Shown: one piece after another, positions 13,978 to 27,460 of the stretch
Numbering within the stretch: the first letter of the stretch is position 1
Layout of the letters: each line of letters opens with the position of its first letter
Source: Octopus vulgaris
Lineage: Eukaryota
Direction of reading: 5' to 3'
Length of the DNA stretch: 64,000 nt
Assembly: GCA_951406725.2 (NCBI GenBank)
Contig: OX597827.1
Coordinates: 64,232,001 to 64,296,000 of the forward strand
The notes under the pieces: model-generated
Seen by the model: only the letters and a program-made list of their open reading frames with translations
Told to the model about the DNA's origin: nothing
Database searches by the model: none
Position numbers and translations under genes: made by a program

Positions 13978-14259
13978 ATATATAAAACGGAGATGTACTT
14001 GCATAGCAAGTGACCTGATCTGAGATCGTGTGCTGGAACGAAAACAATTGCAGCGTGGAAGCACGGAATTTTGTCAGTGAACAAGTCGCGGTCTCAAAGC
14101 GACGAAAATATTTTGGCAAATTAAATTTAAATGTTGAAATGAATCTAACGGATTTTTTTTGTGTGTTTCTTAAATGGCTTATAAACACATTCAACGCTGC
14201 AATTGTTTATATACATGCATATATATATACACATTTTCAAAATGTAACTACATGCAGAT

Positions 14260-14465
14260 TGTTAGCGATTATTTCACTCCGTCTTCCTTTTCTCTTGGAC
14301 TTTTTCTGTCTCCTATTTCTGAAGAAGAGCTTTGCTCGAAATATTAAACAACCTTTCTTTCCTTCCCAGAGCGTCTTTTAATACTTTGCATGTACCACGT
14401 CCTAATGTTGTTGTTCTTTTCTTCTCGTGTTTTTTTCTTTTGTTTTTTGAGGTGGGGGGATTAAT
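14260..14465 (+). mobile_element. Penelope-like cassette with hammerhead-like motif (14315-14349)
   Basis: Reads ttt-CTGAAGA-A-gagc-ttt-gctc-GAAAtaTT-aaa. Same family as 18145-18355. Confidence 0.65.
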
Positions 14466-14614
14466 TATATATAATTCATGTTCCATGTACTAGTGCTTCA
14501 TACTTTTTTGTTGTATACGTTTCATGACGACCTGTGTCCAAATATACATATACATACATACATACATACATACATACATACATACATACATACATACATA
14601 CATACATGCATATA

Positions 14615-14666
<52 letters not shown>

Positions 14667-14686
14667 TGAAATGGCAAATATGCGTC

Positions 14687-14742
<56 letters not shown>

Positions 14743-14745
<3 letters not shown>

Positions 14746-15058
14746 AGGCGCAATGGTCCAGTGGTTAGGGCAGCGGACGCGCGGTCGTAGGATCGCGGTT
14801 TCGATTCCCAGACCGAGCTTTGTGAGTGTTTATTGAGCGAAAACACCTACAGCTCCACGAGGCTCCGGCAGGGGGTGGTGGTGGTGGCGATCCCTGCTGT
14901 ACTTCTTAGTACTTCACGTTCTGAGTTCAAATTCCGCCGAGGTCGACTTTGCCTTTCACTCTTTCGGGGTCGATAAATTAAGTATCAGTTGCGTACTGGG
15001 GTCGATCTATTCAACTAGCCCCCTTCCCAAAAATTTCGCGCCTAGAATAGAAAAAAAA
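14743..15058 (+). mobile_element. Family A 5' part joined to a 5'-truncated family C copy
   Basis: The A head runs to ...gatccctgctgtact (~14903). From ~14916 the sequence is acgttctgagttcaaattccgccgaggtcgactttgcc. Confidence 0.8.
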
Positions 15059-15275
15059 AATTACTAATCACTTATATATTTACGCCATAAAAAAGAATTA
15101 TAATTCTTTTACTTGTTTCAGTCATTAGACGGCAGCCATACTGGAGCACCGTCAGTACTTTTTTTTTAATTCTGGTACTTATTCTATCAGTCAATTTGGT
15201 CGAACCACTAAGTTACGTGGACGTAAACAAACCGGCACCGGTTGTAAGCGGAGGTGGGGCACAGGTACAACACAT

Positions 15276-15312
<37 letters not shown>

Positions 15313-15391
15313 AAACATACGATGGACTACCGCTCAGTTCCCGACTATCAAATTCACTCACAAGGCTTTCATTCGTCAGAGGCTAAAGCAA

Positions 15392-15464
<73 letters not shown>

Positions 15465-15466
<2 letters not shown>

Positions 15467-15941
15467 CGGATATTATCATAAAAGACCAGACAAAAAGGAT
15501 GTGTTTGTTAATTGACATGAGTATTCCTTGCGATTACAATATAGCAGCAAAAGAATTTGAGAAGATTAGTAAATATAAGGACTTGCTAATGGAAATTGAA
15601 AAAATGTGGCATCTCAGGGCGTCTACAGTGCCAGTGATTGTGGGATCTCTGGGAATGATAAAAAAAAGTTACTGAAACCTATTTGAAAATGATACCAGGC
15701 TTACCATCCCTACAGGATGTGCAAAAGATCGTATTGACTGGAACGGCTCATGTACTGAGAAGAGCATTATCGATGTGAAAACAACATCCATTCATGAATT
15801 TATTTATTCATTAGTTTTTTTAAACACATATTTTACCTGTGAATTTGCGCGTGTAAACTGGGAATGCATACAATGAGCTTCTCTGCCCCAGGGGTACCGA
15901 AAACCCTCGGCGAGAAACGGAAGGGAATTTGAAGAAAGAAG

Positions 15942-15943
<2 letters not shown>
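15465..15943 (+). mobile_element. 5'-truncated R4/Dong-type LINE (REL endonuclease C-terminus and 3' UTR) in (AAT)n
   Basis: PDIIIKD..CLLIDMSIPCD..KISKYKDL..TGTAHVLRRALSM* with one frameshift. (AAT)n lies on both sides. Paralogous to 28390-29235. Confidence 0.88.
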
Positions 15944-16005
<62 letters not shown>

Positions 16006-16008
<3 letters not shown>

Positions 16009-16495
16009 CATTGTTTTGTCTTGGTATAAAAGATGGGCTACAGCAAATATTCTGCTCAATACCACAGATTTGCTTGTCAGTTGTTTGACCTTAACCAGTT
16101 GAGCATTCCCTTAGTGGCTGACGATATGTGCATCTCTGATCACGAGCAGAAGTAGTGGGGGAGCATCATAGCCATGTGTTGAGAGGGATTCTTTGGGGTT
16201 TGAATATTTCACCTCTGGAGACATGGGTGGTTTTTTCAACATCCTTAAACAACCCTTATTCAGGGACCGTTTGAGCGGGATGGGCTACTCAACCTGAAGA
16301 AAATTCTAACTGAGCCCCACCTGCAAGGTCATGCGCTGTTTATCTTGATATGATATCACCATGTCGCGCACATATGGTTGTGATGCATGTGCCTGGTGTA
16401 CCCTTATCAGACGGGTAGTCATGATGGGTATATTGGGCTTCGTATATTTTACCCCAGTGTCACTTTGATGGCATGAACTGCTCTCTCACTCAATG
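16006..16495 (+). mobile_element. Family D retroposon, 5'-truncated, in (AAT)n
   Basis: Matches 41342-41830, with (AAT)n on both flanks. Confidence 0.88.
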
Positions 16496-16576
<81 letters not shown>

Positions 16577-16580
<4 letters not shown>

Positions 16581-16789
16581 TATTCAGACAAATACATAAC
16601 AAAAACACCAGGACTTACAAACGCATATAACATACAGAAAATTGCACTACTAGGCACTGCACACATCCTACGCAGAACACTTTCCATACAATGACCATCA
16701 GAGCATCACAACAAATCACAGCACATACCCAAGGCACACAGAGCTGCGCTCGGTAGTTAAGTGAAAGCACGCTATAAAAAATAAAACTA

Positions 16790-16795
<6 letters not shown>
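16577..16795 (+). mobile_element. Second R4/Dong-like LINE subfamily, extreme 3' end, in (AAT)n
   Basis: Translation KYITKTPGLTNAYNIQKIALLGTAHILRRTLSIQ* parallels PGLPSLQEVQKIVLTGTSHVLRRALSM*. The 3' UTR differs. Confidence 0.75.
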
Positions 16796-16835
<40 letters not shown>

Positions 16836-17445
16836 TTTGCCCACTCTGTCACGCAGTGGGACTGAACCGAAACCTACGTCACTGGGAAGCAAGCTTCTAA
16901 ACCAGACAGGCTCGACTGCAACAGTTCTAATAAATAATTATTATGCAAGCTGCAAGCAAGTAAATAATTCACGTACAATCCAGTTAAATTTTGCGTCAAA
17001 CTTTCCAATGCAAATTATTAAGCTGTAACGCTTCATTATTCATTTACGTGTAATTACCATTCTGTGAAATGAAATATTTAAACGAAACATGGAGACTGGC
17101 AAAATTTGCAAATTGTTTTTGTTTTTCTTTTTTTTTTTTCCAATACACCTTTGACGTAAAATGTGAGTTTAGATATATTATACGTAATAGTAGTGGTACC
17201 GTGAAGTCGCATGGCTCAGTGATTACAGCGCCAAGTTAATGATCGTGACGTTGTGAGCTCGAATCCCGAGTAAAGAGTTATTTTATCATTAATTTTTAGT
17301 GGTATTCATCAATTTTTAGACATTGTATGTCAATTTAATAAAATGTCTAAAAGTCGATGGTTACCACCTATTGATACCCTCCATTTTCTTATTGCTCTCT
17401 CTTTCTCTGTCTGTCTGTCTCTCTCTCTCTATATATATATATATA

Positions 17446-17486
<41 letters not shown>

Positions 17487-17490
<4 letters not shown>

Positions 17491-17678
17491 GGAAAATTTA
17501 CGAAAATAAACAAAAGACGAAGGCTGGTGGAGTACAAACAAACAAATGTATTAGTATAGCGCTCAGGAATAGAAAAAGTCTTTTACGTTTCGAGCCTACG
17601 CTCTTCGACAGAAAGATACACAGAAAAAAACAAGGAGAGAAAAAAATGCGTGTAGGAGCTAATGATCTATCATGGCGT

Positions 17679-17680
<2 letters not shown>
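17487..17680 (-). mobile_element. Penelope-like cassette with hammerhead-like motif (17579-17616)
   Basis: Minus strand reads tcttt-CTGTCGA-A-gagc-gtag-gctc-GAAAcgTA-aaaga. Confidence 0.7.
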
Positions 17681-17753
<73 letters not shown>

Positions 17754-18144
17754 TATTTATTTATTTATATTTATATATATATGTGTGTATATACATACGT
17801 ACATACACACACGTATGTATATGTATGTATACATACATACATACGCATATAGGCCAGAATGACGGTTATCACCTATATGTGTGTGTGTGATTGGTCAGTG
17901 TGTGTGTGTTATTCCCCGAATTCCGTTGTTCAGGAGAAAGTAATACCGAAATAACACCCAACTCATTGCTCTTTCTTGTTTCTGGACTACTTGGCCTTGA
18001 CGGTGAGAGGTTGTGCAAGCTGTTGTTGATTTCAAATTTCAGCACGGGCATCGTTTTTAGCATTTGTATGTATGTATAATATACATACATACATACATAC
18101 ATACATACATACATACATACATACATACATACATACATACATAC

Positions 18145-18355
18145 GGCCGCGTGTGTACCGTTGGCGATTTTTTTTTCCTCCGTCTTCCCTTCTCTGGATC
18201 TTTCCTTTTCCTATGTTTCTGACGAAGAGCTCCGCTCGAAACGTAAAAATCATATTTCTTCCCTTCCTTCCTGAGCGTCCAATAATACTATATTTGTTCC
18301 ACGTCCTCGCGTTGTTGTGTTTTCTTTTTGTTTTTTCATGTTTGGATTAACTTTA
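18145..18355 (+). mobile_element. Penelope-like cassette with intact-core hammerhead motif (18212-18254)
   Basis: Reads tatgttt-CTGACGA-A-gagc-tcc-gctc-GAAAcgTA-aaaatcata. Confidence 0.72.
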
Positions 18356-18472
18356 TATATATATATAAGGATAAGCTACATAAGGATAAGATCGTTAATT
18401 TAATTATCGATCTTATAAAGTGGCCAGCATGGGAATAAAACCTTCAAAGGTAATAATTACTATTAGAATTAG

Positions 18473-18646
18473 AATTTAGGCTATCTAAGAGATACCTCCA
18501 CGCTGGAAATAGCAGCCAAAATTATCCAGCAATTTTTACTAGTTCATCTTGTCCTTTTGTCTTCTGTCCTGGTGCGGTATGTGGTTTTAGAGTCAAGTTT
18601 TGGCTGCTATTTCCAGCGTGGAGGTATCTCTTAGATACCCTAAATT
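18473..18646. repeat. Inverted repeat with 49-bp arms (48/49 match) and ~76-bp spacer
   Basis: 18473-18521 is the reverse complement of 18598-18646. Confidence 0.9.
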
Positions 18647-18648
18647 AG

Positions 18649-18710
<62 letters not shown>

Positions 18711-19641
18711 ATATATATATATATAAATATAATGGACACACACACAAACACACATTTGATTACATACTAGAATATGTCCTTCCTAATTTAAGGTAGTAGG
18801 GTGAGAATTGTGGGAAATTTAGCTGTTGTCCCTAGCAGGCATTCATGTAGATGCCTTTTCTTGGTGATTCGAAGTAAGCTTTAACGTTGCGTATTCGAAA
18901 CTCAGACATAATCAAAAATGCTATCGTTTGTAGCTTCAATGCTAATGAAAAACTTAATGCTTGAGAATGTCTTTTAGAATAGGTTCATTCTATTATGAGT
19001 AAATGAACGATTTGAACAATTTGGCAATAATTCAATAAATATTCATAGACGTGTCTAAATTCAAATAATAAGAACCCACCTTTGTAAGCTTTCTCTGTCT
19101 AAAACCAAATCTTTCTCGAAAACCATAGAATTCAGAAAAAAGATTTCTTTCCAGTTCGTAGGTTTTGTGTGACTATAATTCATCTAACGCTAATATTATT
19201 ATACGTGCCTGCAAATTTTTGCAATTTTACGACGATTTTAATGGTGGAGAATTAAAAACGTAACGGCCATGAATTGTCTGATGTAGTCATGGGATCGCAT
19301 GATGGACCGCAGGTTTGCCAGTTTGTAAGAACGTATAGTTTTAAACTTACTTTAGATGAAATCCTGCTACGTAGTTTTCGGCGTGATAATGAAGTATTCG
19401 TTTTGCAAAGTATGAATAGCCATACAAGGATACTGTTAGAAAGGAGGTAACATATTGAAAGAATTAGGTTTAAAAATCACAGTACATACTATTCTAAGTA
19501 TAGACAACTTCTCAGAGTTAAATGCTGGTAATTACTTTCTTTGTAGTAAAATTAATGAAGCATGACTGCATATTAATTTAAATTCCAACCATAATGCTTA
19601 TAATGATTAGAAATTCAGTTAATAATATTGGTAACCTCATA

Positions 19642-19830
19642 TACTCTTTTACTTGATTCAGTCATTTTGACTGTGGCCATGCTGGAGCACCGCCTTTAGT
19701 AGAGCAAATCTACCCCAGGACTTATTCTTTGGAAGCCTAGTACTTATTCTATCGGTCTCTTTTGCCGAACCGCTAGGTTACGGGGACGTAAACACACCAG
19801 CATCGGTTGTCAAGCGATGTTGGGGGACAA

Positions 19831-19861
<31 letters not shown>

Positions 19862-20032
19862 CATATATACGACGAGCTTCTTTCAGTTTCCGTCAACCAA
19901 ATCCACTCACAAGGCTTTGGTCAGCCCGAGGCTATGGTAGAAAACACTTGCCCAAGGTGCCACGCAGTGGGACACAACCCAGAACCATATGGTTGGTAAG
20001 CAAGCTACTTACCACACAGCCACTCCTACGCC
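19642..20032 (-). mobile_element. SINE family B, full length
   Basis: Reverse complement of 12992-13406. Confidence 0.9.
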
Positions 20033-20207
20033 TTGATTATCATTTGACAATTAATCCTTTAACCGTGATACTCATTATTAGCATTAACACATTAAATAAC
20101 AGTGGCTTGAAAGATAAAATGCGTTACATACAGAAAAGCATTTATACAAAAAAAGCTCAAACACAGGAAAAGAAACAGTAATTGGTATAATCTCCCTTGT
20201 AGTTTCA

Positions 20208-20585
20208 ATATTCCTTCTAACATTGGTTTCAAATTACATTGACCTCAGTGCTCAACTGGTACTTATTTTATCAACCCAGAAAAGATGAAAGTCAAAGTCG
20301 ACCTCAGCGAAATTTGAACTCAGAACCGCTAAGTTCGGCATGCTTACGATTCTAACAGCTCGCCGCCTTTAGGTGCTCCTTCTAACATTGGCTTCAGGCC
20401 AGCAATTTTGGGGGAGATTACAGCTACACCAATGTACTTACCTTTTTGACCTCGAGAGGATGACAGCAAAGTCGACCACGACAGCATTTGAACTCAGAAC
20501 GCGTAAGGTCGGAAAAATCTGCTAAACATTTTTCCTTGTGATTCTGCCAACTCGCCGCCTTTTGATGTTCCTTCTAATATTAGCA
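20208..20585 (-). mobile_element. Two old tandem family C-related units
   Basis: t(t/c)ccttctaa(c/t)att recurs at ~20211, ~20377 and ~20568. Each interval contains aaagtcgacc..atttgaactcagaac..ctcgccgcctt. Confidence 0.7.
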
Positions 20586-20929
20586 TAATATTTTTTTTCT
20601 AAACTATATATATATATAAATATATCGCTGCAAACCATAGATATTATAGATGCAATTTAATAAAAATAGCATTAAGGTGATTTACAGCTGAAGAAAATCC
20701 TTTGCTGCTTCCGCAGCTGGTATAAATAGAGTATAAATGACTGGTTTAAACACGCAAAGCTTTTCCCTTCTATTTAATTGAAAAAAATTAACTAATATCT
20801 CACTTCTCTATAGCATATGTCGTTCTAAAACATTTGTTGAGCCAAGGCCTCTCTTACGAACAAAATGAAACCAACTGCTACAGTAAGCTTACTGGAAATC
20901 ATGTCAAAAGAGAAAATATTCAAAATATA

Positions 20930-21428
<499 letters not shown>

Positions 21429-21949
21429 ATATGAACACATTCAGACGTCTAACCACTTCACTGTCGAAATATACCTAGATTTAAAGAATGATAATATTTA
21501 CAGTTATGAAATCGATCGGTTCGTTATTGAACATGCATCTTCCTACATAAATGGATGCAGAAGTTATAGCTTTCGCCTCTCAGAGAAATACATCGCCTCA
21601 TTTGGCCGTCTGCAATTTCAAACGCATTAAACACGTTATACATATATTATCAACCACATATACCTAATGTAGACAGTACGTGTACTTGCCGGTAGGCTGC
21701 TAATTGGCGTAGTGGAGAATACTCTCTGTCTCTCTCTCAAAGCGCTGGGCATTAAAACACCTTAGAGTCAGGGACAGGCGACATAACTCGCCCTCAATCC
21801 TATCTAGGAGATATAAACATCGATGTTTCACCATTTTTGTGGCTTATCAGCATCACGTACCTGACCCGGAACGGAGATGAATTATTTCGCCAGTCTACGA
21901 TTTATAACAACATGGCGTGCAAAATCATGTGCGGATATGCCGGGACAAG

Positions 21950-22132
21950 GCATACGTCTGCGGTTACGTCCCGAGTTCAATTTCCGCCGAGGTCAACTTT
22001 GTTTTTCCTCCTTTCGGGGTCGATAAATTAAGTACCAGTTACACACTGGGGTCGATGTAATCGACTTAATCCCTTTGTCTGTCCTTGTTTGTCCCCTCTA
22101 TGTTTCGCCCCTTGTGGGTAATAAAGAAATGA
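21950..22132 (+). mobile_element. SINE family C (5' end degraded)
   Basis: gagttcaatttccgccgaggtc..cctttcggggtcgataaattaagtaccag..gggtaataaagaaat. Confidence 0.8.
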
Positions 22133-22307
22133 GAAACATGTATGTGTGTGTGTGTTTTTTATTAATATATATATATATATACATCTATGTGTGTGTGTGT
22201 GTACATATATATGTATGTATATGTACACACACACACACATATATACGTGTGTGTGTGTGCGTGCGTGCGTGCATACGAAAAGTGACGTTTGAGAGAGATT
22301 GAGATAG

Positions 22308-22367
<60 letters not shown>

Positions 22368-22535
22368 AAGAAAGAGAGACAGACAGACAGACAGAGAAAT
22401 AGTTTGATTGATAGTCTCTTGAGTTGCCATGCTGGCAAAGATATCCCAGAGGGCTAACTTCTCAAGTGGAAACGATTAAGAGACATGGTGAAGTATGAGA
22501 GTGATGGGAGGAGAAAGAAAGGAAAAATAATTGTG

Positions 22536-22717
<182 letters not shown>

Positions 22718-23023
22718 CATACTTTCACGCACACATATATATATATTCACATATATATATATCCATACAGATATACAAACATATATATATATATATATAT
22801 ATTTTGTATATATATATGTATGTATATATATATCACAGTTTCTATTATTTGCCTTCATGGTTCTCTTCATCAGGTGACTTAATCGACTTATTGATAGAGA
22901 CTTGAAGAACCAACATTTATTTATGTATGCATGCATGCATGCATGTATGTATTTATATATGTATTTATGTATGGATGTATATATACATCTGCGTGTATCT
23001 CTCTGTCTGTCTGTCTCTCTCTC

Positions 23024-23066
<43 letters not shown>

Positions 23067-23308
23067 ATCTACCTATTTATCTATCTTTCTATCTTACCTG
23101 AAGAATCAGGTCAGGTCAATGTGAAATGGCACGTATGCTCTATTTTGTCTGTTGGTCATGTATCAGCGCTGATCTCAAGTGTGAAGAAAGAAAAACTGAT
23201 AAAAGAATAACTAATATGAACAAGCAATGACAATATTACCGGGTAATTGTTATCAATCTAACTGTCTATCTGATTGCCTATAACCATATATATATATATA
23301 TATATATA

Positions 23309-24140
23309 TATAGTGTAATAAATAACATATATGCATACATACATACATATATGTACGTACCTACATCTACATGTATATGGAAGCACTCCGTCGGTTACGA
23401 CGACGAGGGTTCCGGTTGATCCGAATCAACGGAACAGCCTGCTCGTGAAATTAACGTGTAAGTGGCTGAGCACTCCACAGACACGTGTACCCTTAACGTA
23501 GTTCTCGGGGATATTCAGCGTGACACAGAGAGTGACAAGGCCGGCCCTTTGAAATACAGGTACAACAGAAACAGGAAGTAAGAGTGAGAGAAAGTTGTGG
23601 TGAAAGAGTACAGCAGGGATCACCACCATCCCCTGCCGGAGCCTCGTGGAGCTTTAGGTGTTTTCACTCAATAAACACTCACAACGCCCGGTCTGGGAAT
23701 CGAAACCGCGATCCTATGACCGCGAGTCCGCTGCCCTAACCACTGGGCCATTGCGCCTCCACACACATGTATATATACATGCATATATAAATATATATAC
23801 GTGAGTACAGGACGCCACAAATAGACGTAGAACTCAACGAGAAACGAAAACGTACAAACAAACATGGAACACGCATGGAGTCGAACTAGGGACAGCTGAT
23901 GAAGGGGAATTTTCCTTGTGTTGTTGTTTGTCTTGTACACTATTTTTTCGTTGTTAAAAAAAAGGTCCGTTTCCATGTTTGTTTTTACGTTTTCGTTTCT
24001 CGTTGAGTTCTACGTCTATTTGTGGTGTCCTGTACTCACGTATATATATATTTATATATGCATGTATATATACATGTAGATGTAGGTACGTACATATATG
24101 TATGTATGTATGTATACATATATTTTATTTATTACACTAT
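23309..24140. mobile_element. Foldback element with ~170-bp inverted arms, left arm interrupted by a SINE
   Basis: 23309-23378 plus 23765-23870 is the reverse complement of ~23968-24140. The spacer contains CTGATGAAGGGG at 23896. Confidence 0.8.
23379..23760 (-). mobile_element. SINE family A1, full length
   Basis: Reverse complement of 3738-4121, with TSD acatgtatat at 23369-23378 and 23765-23774. Confidence 0.92.
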
Positions 24141-24199
24141 TGTATGACTGAGCGCCCTCGCGTCGTTTAGTTTCGTTTCCTCCAAGTAAGTTTATATAT

Positions 24200-24342
24200 A
24201 GACGTAGGAGTGGCTGTGTGGTAAGTAGCTTACTTACGAACCACATGGTTGGGCAAGTGTCTTCTACTATAGCCTCGGGCCGACCAAAGCCTTCTGAGTG
24301 GATTTCGTAAACGGAAACTGAAAGAAGCTCGTCGTATATATG

Positions 24343-24377
<35 letters not shown>

Positions 24378-24602
24378 TTGTGTGTGTGAGTGTGTGTGTT
24401 TGTGTGTCTGTGTTTGTCCCCCCAACATCGCTTGACAACCGATGCTGGTGTGTTTACGCCCCTGTAACTTAGCGGTTCGGCAAAAGAGACCGATAGAATA
24501 AGTACTAGGCTTACAAATAATAAGTCCTGGGGTCGATTTGCTCAACTACAGGAGGTGTTCCAGCATGGCAACAGTCAAATGACTGAAACAAATAAAAGAG
24601 TA
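24200..24602 (+). mobile_element. SINE family B with B-box deletion
   Basis: ccacatggt joins directly to tgggcaagt. The rest matches family B. Confidence 0.88.
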
Positions 24603-24606
24603 ATAT

Positions 24607-24647
<41 letters not shown>

Positions 24648-24849
24648 TAGATAGATAGAATGACAGTCAGGCAGATATAAATATAGATATAGAGATTTAT
24701 ATGTATGTCTGTAATTATCTGTCTACCTGTTAATTTACCTACCTATCCATCAATTTATCTTTCTCTCCCTCGCCCTCACCATCTCTCTCTATACACACAC
24801 GCACTCACAGTACACACAACAAATACACACACGCGTGTATATACATACC

Positions 24850-24901
<52 letters not shown>

Positions 24902-25232
24902 ATATCTATCTGTTCATATATCTATCTATCTAAAAATGTATTAATCTAAGCACCTGCCTACCTGTTTTATCTCTCTATAAGTTTATTTCCTTACCTGTAT
25001 ACTTGCCTATCTAATTATCTTTTCTGTCTCTGTCTGTCTCTCTGTGTACATGCATACATACATACCTACCTACCTACCTACCTACCTACATACATACATA
25101 CATACATACATACATACATACATACATACATACACACACATACATACATGCATGCATGCATGCATGCATACATGCATACATACATACACACACACATACA
25201 TACATACATACATACATACATACATACATACA

Positions 25233-25263
<31 letters not shown>

Positions 25264-25564
25264 GACTATTCCCCTACGCACATGTGTAGGTAGACACTCA
25301 ACAGGCAACCACTCCTACCAAAATTCTTACTATAAATCCTTCCTATGACCTTAAACGACACTAAGTCCAGCCACGCACATACATAAACAGCCACAATCAC
25401 ACACCCACCCACCCACACACACACACGCACATATATGTGCTATCATTACACACACAGACCTGCGCACACGCACATACCCACACATACCTCCTTTTCTTGC
25501 ACTCTCCTGTTTTTGAAAGAACTTTTTCTTCACCCATTCCCTTCCGGTCATTTCAATATGGAAT

Positions 25565-25752
25565 CGCGTGTGTATCGTTGGCGATTTCCTTTCTCCGCCT
25601 TCCTTTCTTTGGACTTTTTCTATATTTCTGATGAAGAGCTCCGCTCGAAACGTTGAGTCCTCTTTTCCTTTCCTGAGCGTCCAATAACAGTGTACTTATT
25701 CCACGTCCTCGCGTTGTGTTTTCTCTTGCTTGTTCATGTTTGGATTGACTAT
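25565..25752 (+). mobile_element. Penelope-like cassette with intact-core hammerhead motif (25624-25658)
   Basis: Reads attt-CTGATGA-A-gagc-tcc-gctc-GAAAcgTT-gagt. Confidence 0.72.
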
Positions 25753-25873
25753 ATATATAAATTGCGAGGATGATCCGGTTCTTGACTGAAGATTAGAGGC
25801 TTCGAATGATCCGTCCGTTTTTGTGTCGTTTATTTGAATGTCTTGCGTTCTTGTCCCATTTTGTATTTTCATA

Positions 25874-25945
<72 letters not shown>

Positions 25946-26224
25946 TTCCCTGAGGTTTGTGGCATCTCATGATGGAATTACGTTACAAGCAATATTTTGG
26001 AACACCGCGCCTCCAGAAACAGGTGTTGGACTCGTAAAACTCCTACACAACCCCCTTAATTCCTGATATCATTTCCATTCTGTAAGTCGGACTTTTTATA
26101 AGTATACATTTGTACATTTTTTTGTATTAAATGTATTTAATATCTTTTGTATATCAACTTGACTAACTTGCTTGTCCTTACATTTATATGTATGCATATG
26201 TATATATGTACATACATAATGTGT

Positions 26225-26540
26225 GGAAGCGCAATGGCCCAGTGGTTAGGGCAGCGGACTCGCGGTCGTAGGATCGCGGTTTCGATTCCCAGACCGGGCG
26301 TTGTGTGTGTTTATTGAGCGAAAACACCTAAAGCTCCACGAGGCTCCGGCAGAGGGTGGTGGCGATCCCTGCTGTACTATTTCGCCACAACTTTCTCTCG
26401 CTCTTTCTTCTGTTGGCCTGCTCGCTTAGCCAGCGGGGTGGCGTCATTTGAAGGCTAAAAAACAATGCGAAGCGCATTGTGACCAGCGATATGTAGCAAC
26501 ATCTGATAGCCTGGTCGGTCACGGTGATCACGGTGATCAC
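26225..26540 (+). mobile_element. SINE family A, subtype A2
   Basis: A head with a different 3' half ending ggtcggtcacggtgatcacggtgatcac. TSD catacataat at 26211-26220 and 26540-26549. Confidence 0.9.
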
Positions 26541-26897
26541 ATACATAATAAAATTTGGCGATGTCAGCTAGACCTTACAATTACACAGAATTAATACAGA
26601 CGTCAACAGAAAAATTTGGTGAAACCGGATAAAATAATGAAATTCCCTCACAAATACAAAGCAACGAAAAGTAATCAAAAGACCAGATGTAATAACGAAT
26701 ATAACACATTAGATAAAGAAAGAATAACAATAATATGATAATAATTTAAAAGATAACATTATGTTTAGAAAATTGTTTGATTGTACTTTCATGTCGCTTC
26801 GTTTTATCTGTGTCAGTACCAGAATATGCGAATGTGTGTGTGTAATCATTCTATCTGTCTGTCTGTCTCTCTATATATGTATATATGTATAAATGCA

Positions 26898-27460
26898 TTG
26901 GGTTGTCCGGAAAGTTCGTACCGATTTTTAAAGGAAAGAAAAAGGTCAATAAATACTTGCCATTACATTTTTTATCAACCAAATATGAACCATTTTGTTG
27001 CACAATGCGTCTCCATCTTTCCTTTAACTTGAAAATACCCTCTTCCCAGAATTGAGGTGGTTTCATGGCAAAGAATTCATCAAGGTATCTTTTTACGTCA
27101 TCCAAGGAATTGAAATTTTTACCATTAAGACTATTCTGCAGAGACCTGAATAATTGGAAATCCGAAGGAGCAATATCTGGTGAATATGGAGGTTGGGGTA
27201 ACACATCCCAGCCGGGCTGCAGCAATTTTTGTCTGGTTCCCAAATCATCAAGTGCCGAAAATGAACTTTCTTATCTTCCATTTTAAAGGGTTACAGAATT
27301 AACACAAGTAATAGGAACATAAACCTTCTTCCACGAAAAGATAGCTTAAACTGTGCTCTAAATGGAGGTGTAGTGAAATCCTATTTTATGGACTCAAGCA
27401 TGTTCTAAAATAAGTCGAAAGGGTAGGCTGCTATAAATCGGCACGCATTTTCCGGACAAC

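Noticed and set aside
14042-14208. 15-bp inverted repeat aaacaattgcagcgt/acgctgcaattgttt as MITE termini
   Set aside because: The inversion is real, but it is single copy here and no TSD or family could be assigned.
25763-25810. Possible hammerhead at gaggatgatc...gattagaggc
   Set aside because: Both core segments are too mutated to support the call.
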